Below, one piece after another: positions 27,308 through 32,000 of a stretch of DNA of 32,000 nt. The DNA is taken from contig NZ_JAYKGW010000028.1 of the NCBI RefSeq assembly GCF_035285525.1, positions 12,883-44,882 of the forward strand, read 5' to 3'. The notes below the pieces were generated by a model, which made no database searches, was not told where the DNA came from, and saw nothing but the letters and a program-made list of their open reading frames with translations. The position numbers were made by a program, and so were the translations under genes. Source of the stretch: Okeania sp. (GTDB lineage: Bacteria; Cyanobacteriota; Cyanobacteriia; Cyanobacteriales; Microcoleaceae). Numbering within the stretch: the first letter of the stretch is position 1; every line of letters begins with the position of its first letter.

Positions 27308-27844
27308 AAAGGAAATATTGGGTGGGTTAGTTGGAAATTAATCAAAACTAAACTTGATAGGGAGTAATAACCCACTCAAATTTATCCTGGTTATTTTTGA
27401 TGTTATAATAAAGAGGAAATAACTAAATTAATTGAAATAGTAGTTTGGCTTAGTGGCTATATACATTTTCTTTTTCCAGGTGGTAAGCATAGACTAATCT
27501 ATGGTATTTCTCAAGCTAATGAGGTATTTATCTTAATTTATTTCTATTCTATTTCTTGTTCCCTCAAACCTAGATTTTTTTTTTACCTCAGCAGCATGAG
27601 AATTACTATATTAAAGAGATATTAAATAGAGTATATTAGTATTAAGTCATTAGACTAAAATTTTAAACTAGGGGATGGTCTAACCATTTAAGTGATTATA
27701 TAAAAATCGCTTAAGCATAATTTGGTAATAATTATGAAGCTGATTATAGTAGGAAATCTCTAGTCAGAGACCTCAAGTTTTCATCTTCTCAGAAATAACC
27801 CTCGTAGAAACAATAATACTGTAGAAAAAAGGAACCAAGATTTT

Positions 27845-28852
27845 ATGGTCAGCCAAACCTCAGAAACATCACAAACAGATATAAAAGTAACTTTTAGAGG
27901 AAAAACTCCTGTCATTAATTTGCCTGTTCGTTTTACCGTGTCAAAGGCAGAATCATTTCGGTTAACTTGCCAAGAACTTTTCTCTCAAGAAAATACTACA
28001 GGCAAGATTATTCTTAATTTTAGCAATACTAATTTCATAGATAGTTGTGGTATTGGTTCCTTGGTTACCAACCTCAAAAAAGCCAAAGAAAAAGATACAG
28101 ATTTTATTCTTTGTGATGTTAATTCTCAAGTTATGAGTGTATTTACTCTAACTGGATTAGATAAAGTTTTGACTATCGAAAAATCCATACAACCAGAGGT
28201 TAAAAATAATCGTAAATCTGATGAAAATCAACTACCTATTACTCATCCTTCGATTAAATCTTGGGTGAAACGACTGATTGATATTGTTGGTGCTTTGGTA
28301 GGGTTATTTATTACATTTATTTTGTCTATACCAATAGTTATTGCTATTAAGTTTGATAGTCCTGGTCCGATATTTTTTGCTCAAACACGATGTGGTTGGA
28401 TGGGAAAGCGCTTCCGAATGTGGAAGTTTCGCTCTATGTGTCAAAATGCAGAAGAATTAAAGAGTAAAATTAAAAATCAAGCTCAAGGTGCTATTTTTAA
28501 GAATGAAAATGACCCACGAATTACAAAAGTTGGAAAATTTTTGAGACGTAAAAGTTTAGATGAATTACCTCAGTTTTGGAATGTATTAAAAGGAGATATG
28601 AGTTTAGTAGGAACTAGACCGCCAACTCCTGATGAAGTAGAACGTTATGAAGTTCCTCAATGGCAACGTTTAGATGTTAAACCTGGTATGACAGGAGAAT
28701 GGCAAGTTAATGGTCGTTCTCAAGTGAAAAATTTTGAAGATATTATTAGATTAGATTTAAAATACCAAGAGAATTGGAGTTTAATTTATGACATAAAATT
28801 AATTATTAAAACTGTAGTAATTCTCTTCAAAAAAAGTAGTGGAGCCTATTAG
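27845..28852 (+). CDS. STAS domain fused to an undecaprenyl-phosphate sugar phosphotransferase (Bac_transf / PglC-WbaP C-terminal type)
   Basis: Residues about 12-110 are STAS-like (NFSNTNFIDSCGIGSLV...VFTLTGLDKVL). Residues about 140-335 are a sugar transferase (KRLIDIVGALVGLFITFILSIPIVIAI, GPIFFAQTRCG, FRMWKFRSM, DPRITKVGKFLRRKSLDELPQFWNVLKGDMSLVGTRPP, KPGMTGEWQVNGRS). Confidence 0.9.
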   Translation: MVSQTSETSQTDIKVTFRGKTPVINLPVRFTVSKAESFRLTCQELFSQENTTGKIILNFSNTNFIDSCGIGSLVTNLKKAKEKDTDFILCDVNSQVMSVFTLTGLDKVLTIEKSIQPEVKNNRKSDENQLPITHPSIKSWVKRLIDIVGALVGLFITFILSIPIVIAIKFDSPGPIFFAQTRCGWMGKRFRMWKFRSMCQNAEELKSKIKNQAQGAIFKNENDPRITKVGKFLRRKSLDELPQFWNVLKGDMSLVGTRPPTPDEVERYEVPQWQRLDVKPGMTGEWQVNGRSQVKNFEDIIRLDLKYQENWSLIYDIKLIIKTVVILFKKSSGAY

Positions 28853-29135
28853 AATAATTTGATAGATTTACTGTGGGAGTTTATTTAATAATTTATAGAT
28901 TTAAGCTTTACTTGTTGATTTTAAACTGAAATTATTTCCGGATATTTTACGCCTGAAAATTGTTTTGGCAAAATCTAATAATTGATAACTTCAGTAGTTC
29001 ATAAAAACTTAGCTCAAATAGATTATTTAGTATTGAATAATTTTGTGGGATGACAAGAGTTATAGATATTTATTGAGTTGGATGAATTACTGAAGATTAA
29101 CATCTGACAGTAAGGGATTATTTATCAGCTTTATT

Positions 29136-29438
29136 GTAAGCATTCAGCTATTAGCACCTCAGCAATCAGCTTTTTAATGAAGCAAACATTCCCTTAATTT
29201 CTCCTATATTTATCACTAAAGAATTGAAGCACAATAATAAAGAGTTTTAGAGTAAACTCTCTATTTCAAAGGATTACTCAAAAATTCAGGTTTACCAAAA
29301 CTTTCTGAAAATGTTATAGGATATTTCAATTTGCTTTTAACCATACTTGAGCATGGAAATTAAACCTGGGAAATACTGCGATTCTACTTCATTTCATCTT
29401 AAGTTAATTGCTGATAGCTGACGGCTGAATGCTTACGC
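29136..29438. mobile_element. MITE-like element with GTAAGCATTCAGC TIR
   Basis: GTAAGCATTCAGCTATTAGCACCTCAGC at 29136 and GCTGATAGCTGACGGCTGAATGCTTACGC ending at 29438. The termini match the 7500-7691 element but the interior differs. Confidence 0.7.
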
Positions 29439-29639
29439 TTTATTATATAGCTATAAGAAATCTATTCGTAAGAAAAAAATTGTAGGGGTTTGGTCTCCAA
29501 ATCCCTGATTAGTATTCCGCAAGAAATGCTGAATGTTAGGCAAAGAGCTTTTGTAAATAATCAAATAATTAAATCATACCTGATTTCTCCTAAAAAAGAT
29601 TATTACTTTTGCAGAGTAGCAACAATAATTAGTTAAATT

Positions 29640-30878
29640 ATGCGTATTCTTATCTATTCTTACAATTATCACCCAGAACCAATAGGTATTGCTCCTCTAA
29701 TGACGGAACTTGCAGAAGGTTTTGTGAAACGCGGACATCAAGTTCGTGTGGTGACTGGAATGCCAAATTATCCTGAACGAAAAGTATATGATGGGTATCA
29801 AGGGAAGTTTTTTTTAACAGAAGAAAAAAATGGCGTAACAGTTCAACGTAGTTATATTCATGTTAGAGGTTCTAAACCAGGACTTTTAGATAGAATATTG
29901 TTAGATGGTAGTTTTATTTTATCTAGTTTATGGCAAGCTTTTAATGGTTGGAAACCTGACATAATTTTTGCTACTACTCCTCCTATATTAATTTCTTTAC
30001 CAGTTACTTTTTACGGATTATTTTCTAACTCTTTTGTGGTCTTAAATATTCAAGATATTGTTTCTGAAGCGGCTGTCAGAGTTGGTTTGGTGAAAAAGGG
30101 TAGTTGGATATTAAGTATAGCTCAAGCAGTTGAAAAATTAGCTTATTTCAAAGCTGCTAAGATTAGTGTTATTGCTGAAGATTTTGTTACGAAATTAGTA
30201 GAACAAGGGGTTAAGAAAAATCGAATTGTTTGTATTCCTAATTGGGTAGACTTAAATTTTATTAGACCTTTGGAAAAAAATAATTCTTTCCGAGAAGAAC
30301 ATAATCTAAAAGATAAATTTGTAGTTATTTATTCTGGTAATATTGCTTTAACTCAAGGTTTGGAAACAGTAGTTAAAGCTGCTGCTAGTCTAAAAGAAAA
30401 ATCTCAAATTGCTTTTGTTATTTTAGGGGAAGAAAAAGCTCGTCAAAAATTACAAGAATGTTGTGATAGTTATGAAGCAGATAATGTAACTTTATTGCCT
30501 TTAGTTCCACGAGAAAAACTACCAGAAATGTTAGCTGCTGCTGATGTTGGTTTAGTAATACAAAAAAAGACTGTTACTGCTTTTAATTTACCTTCAAAAA
30601 TTCCTGTTATTCTTGCTAGTGGTCGTCCTATAATAGCTTCTGTTCCAGATACAGGTACGGCAATGAAAGTTGTTAAAGAAAGTAATGGTGGAATAGTAGT
30701 TACTCCAGAAGATTCTCAAGTTTTGGCAGAAGCTATTTTAGAATTATATGAAAATCCAGAAAAACTTGAGCAACTTGGTCAACAAGGAAGAAAATATGCA
30801 GAAGAAAATTTTGGATCAAAAAGTGCTTTAGATAGTTATGAAGCTTTATTTTCTGAAATTTTAGAGTCGAGGAAGTAG
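29640..30878 (+). CDS. glycosyltransferase family 4, WcaI-like
   Basis: N-terminus MRILIYSYNYHPEPIGIAPLMTELAEGFVKRGHQVRVVTGMPNYP is typical of WcaI-type GT4 enzymes. The C-terminal half is a GT-B nucleotide-sugar-binding domain; 412 aa. Confidence 0.88.
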   Translation: MRILIYSYNYHPEPIGIAPLMTELAEGFVKRGHQVRVVTGMPNYPERKVYDGYQGKFFLTEEKNGVTVQRSYIHVRGSKPGLLDRILLDGSFILSSLWQAFNGWKPDIIFATTPPILISLPVTFYGLFSNSFVVLNIQDIVSEAAVRVGLVKKGSWILSIAQAVEKLAYFKAAKISVIAEDFVTKLVEQGVKKNRIVCIPNWVDLNFIRPLEKNNSFREEHNLKDKFVVIYSGNIALTQGLETVVKAAASLKEKSQIAFVILGEEKARQKLQECCDSYEADNVTLLPLVPREKLPEMLAAADVGLVIQKKTVTAFNLPSKIPVILASGRPIIASVPDTGTAMKVVKESNGGIVVTPEDSQVLAEAILELYENPEKLEQLGQQGRKYAEENFGSKSALDSYEALFSEILESRK

Positions 30879-30923
30879 GGAGTAGGGAGTAGGGAGTAGG
30901 GAGTAGGGAGTAGGGAGTAGGGA
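30871..30923. repeat. STRR heptamer array (GGGAGTA x ~7)
   Basis: ggaagtagggagtagggagtagggagtagggagtagggagtagggagtaggga. The first TAG (30876-30878) is the GT4 stop codon. Confidence 0.95.
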
Positions 30924-31127
30924 AAAATAAAAAAGTAAGCATTGAGCAGTCAACTATCAGGTTTTAGTTATTAACTTAATTATCATAAGGAAGGAAAAAG
31001 TAGTCTTTCAAGCAGAATTAAAATTGTCCTCCTTCTTAGTTTTTCTTTGCGGCTATACCTTATTTTAATTTTAGACACCAACAATGACTGCCATAAGTTC
31101 ACGATTTTTAAAAAATTAACTGGTCTT

Positions 31128-31183
31128 TTTAAAAAATAGGGGTGGATTTTCATTTGAGTAAAATCTCTCGAAAACCCACCCCT
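31128..31183 (-). terminator. intrinsic terminator downstream of ppa
   Basis: On the minus strand, AGGGGTGGGTTTTC ... GAAAATCCACCCCT (14-bp stem, one mismatch) is followed by ATTTTTTAAAAA. Confidence 0.55.
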
Positions 31184-31216
31184 AAATTTTTTGTAGTTCT
31201 GAAGATAGTATAATTA

Positions 31217-31729
31217 CTACTTACTTGCTGCTTTAACGAATTTTTCTACTAATGGCATTACATGATCAACATCTTTCCAACCAAGTATTTCTGTCACCTT
31301 TTTTTGTAAGTTTTTATATGTTCTAAAAAACTCGGCAATTTCTTCTAGTCGATGAGGTGCTACATCTTTGAGAGATTTAACTTCTGTGTAGCGTGGGTCT
31401 TTATCTGGAACACAAAGAATTTTTTCATCTCTATCTCCCCCATCAATCATTTCTAACATTCCGATAGGTCTAGCTACTATAACACATCCAGGAAATGTTG
31501 GTTCATCCATAATTACCATTCCATCAAGGGGATCGCCATCATCTGCTAGGGTGTTAGGGACAAACCCATAGTCATAAGGATATTGTACAGAAGAATATAG
31601 TACACGGTCAAGGGCAAAAGCTTGTAAATCTTTATCAAATTCGTATTTATTTTTGCTTCCGCCAGGAATTTCTATTAGGACGCTTAATAGTCCGGGTTTT
31701 GGTTGAGCTGGAATTAGTGATAAATCCAC
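31217..31729 (-). CDS. ppa: inorganic pyrophosphatase, family I
   Basis: [35 protein letters not shown] and DEKILCVP blocks; 170 aa. Confidence 0.95.
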   Translation of the reverse strand: MDLSLIPAQPKPGLLSVLIEIPGGSKNKYEFDKDLQAFALDRVLYSSVQYPYDYGFVPNTLADDGDPLDGMVIMDEPTFPGCVIVARPIGMLEMIDGGDRDEKILCVPDKDPRYTEVKSLKDVAPHRLEEIAEFFRTYKNLQKKVTEILGWKDVDHVMPLVEKFVKAASK

Positions 31730-32000
31730 AGAATTTCTCCATATTAACTAAAAATGAGTATATCAAGAGTTGGTTAGAAGTCAGAAATTAAATTTGCAGC
31801 ATGGGCTAAAGGGGTAGAAAGGAAAGTCTGGGAAAGGAAAAATTGATTTCTGGGCAAACTGCTCGGAACAGATGATTAATATTTAGGCAAACTTTAAATA
31901 ATTTTATTCACCAGATATTTATCATCAAACTTTCCAGCCCAAGAGAAATTTATCTAATTCTAATTCTGAGACTTTCTACAATCAGAAAATTTCAGTGACT

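Noticed and set aside
1-32000. Scan by eye for tRNA T-arm (GGTTCGAATCC-like), RNase P P4 (GAGGAAAGTCC), tmRNA ends, Yfr1 (ACTCCTCACAC), glutamine-riboswitch-like motifs, and transposase, integrase, reverse-transcriptase or cas genes.
   Set aside because: No convincing match was found. A covariance-model scan (Infernal/Rfam, tRNAscan-SE) would be needed to exclude ncRNAs properly.

Overview
AT-rich chromosomal segment that looks cyanobacterial, most likely from a heterocystous (Nostocales-type) genome. The basis is inference: at least a dozen HIP1 octamers (GCGATCGC), many heptanucleotide STRR arrays, and marker genes (ycf54, crtE plus a DUF212 gene, pdxJ). I support about 23 CDSs, mostly housekeeping or envelope functions: cmoB, folD, crtE, DUF212/PAP2-like, ycf54, pdxJ, family-4 uracil-DNA glycosylase, a phosphoribosyltransferase, an AspC-like aminotransferase, ppa, two NUDIX hydrolases, an OmpA-like protein, a GT39-like membrane glycosyltransferase, a trypsin-like protease with TPR repeats, a membrane-anchored coiled-coil protein, a STAS-phosphoglycosyltransferase fusion and a WcaI-like GT4. 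Three loci are pseudogenes: a PLP-dependent decarboxylase and a vapB/vapC toxin-antitoxin pair. Intergenic spacers are long (0.5-1 kb) and packed with at least six families of MITE-like or palindromic repeats plus STRR arrays that sit flush against gene boundaries. By eye I found no rRNA, tRNA, RNase P or tmRNA signature, no CRISPR array, no transposase or integrase, and no recognisable multi-gene defence operon. I did not find a convincing new multi-gene system. The most unusual items are: (1) the STAS domain fused to a minimal phosphoglycosyl transferase; (2) the repeat biology, namely a MITE nest, a MITE-disrupted vapC, tandem repeat units differing by a hairpin flip, strand polarity of STRR arrays relative to genes, and arrays that supply stop codons; (3) a 215-bp tandem duplication that copies a gene start. 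All family assignments come from motif recognition by eye, not from database searches.
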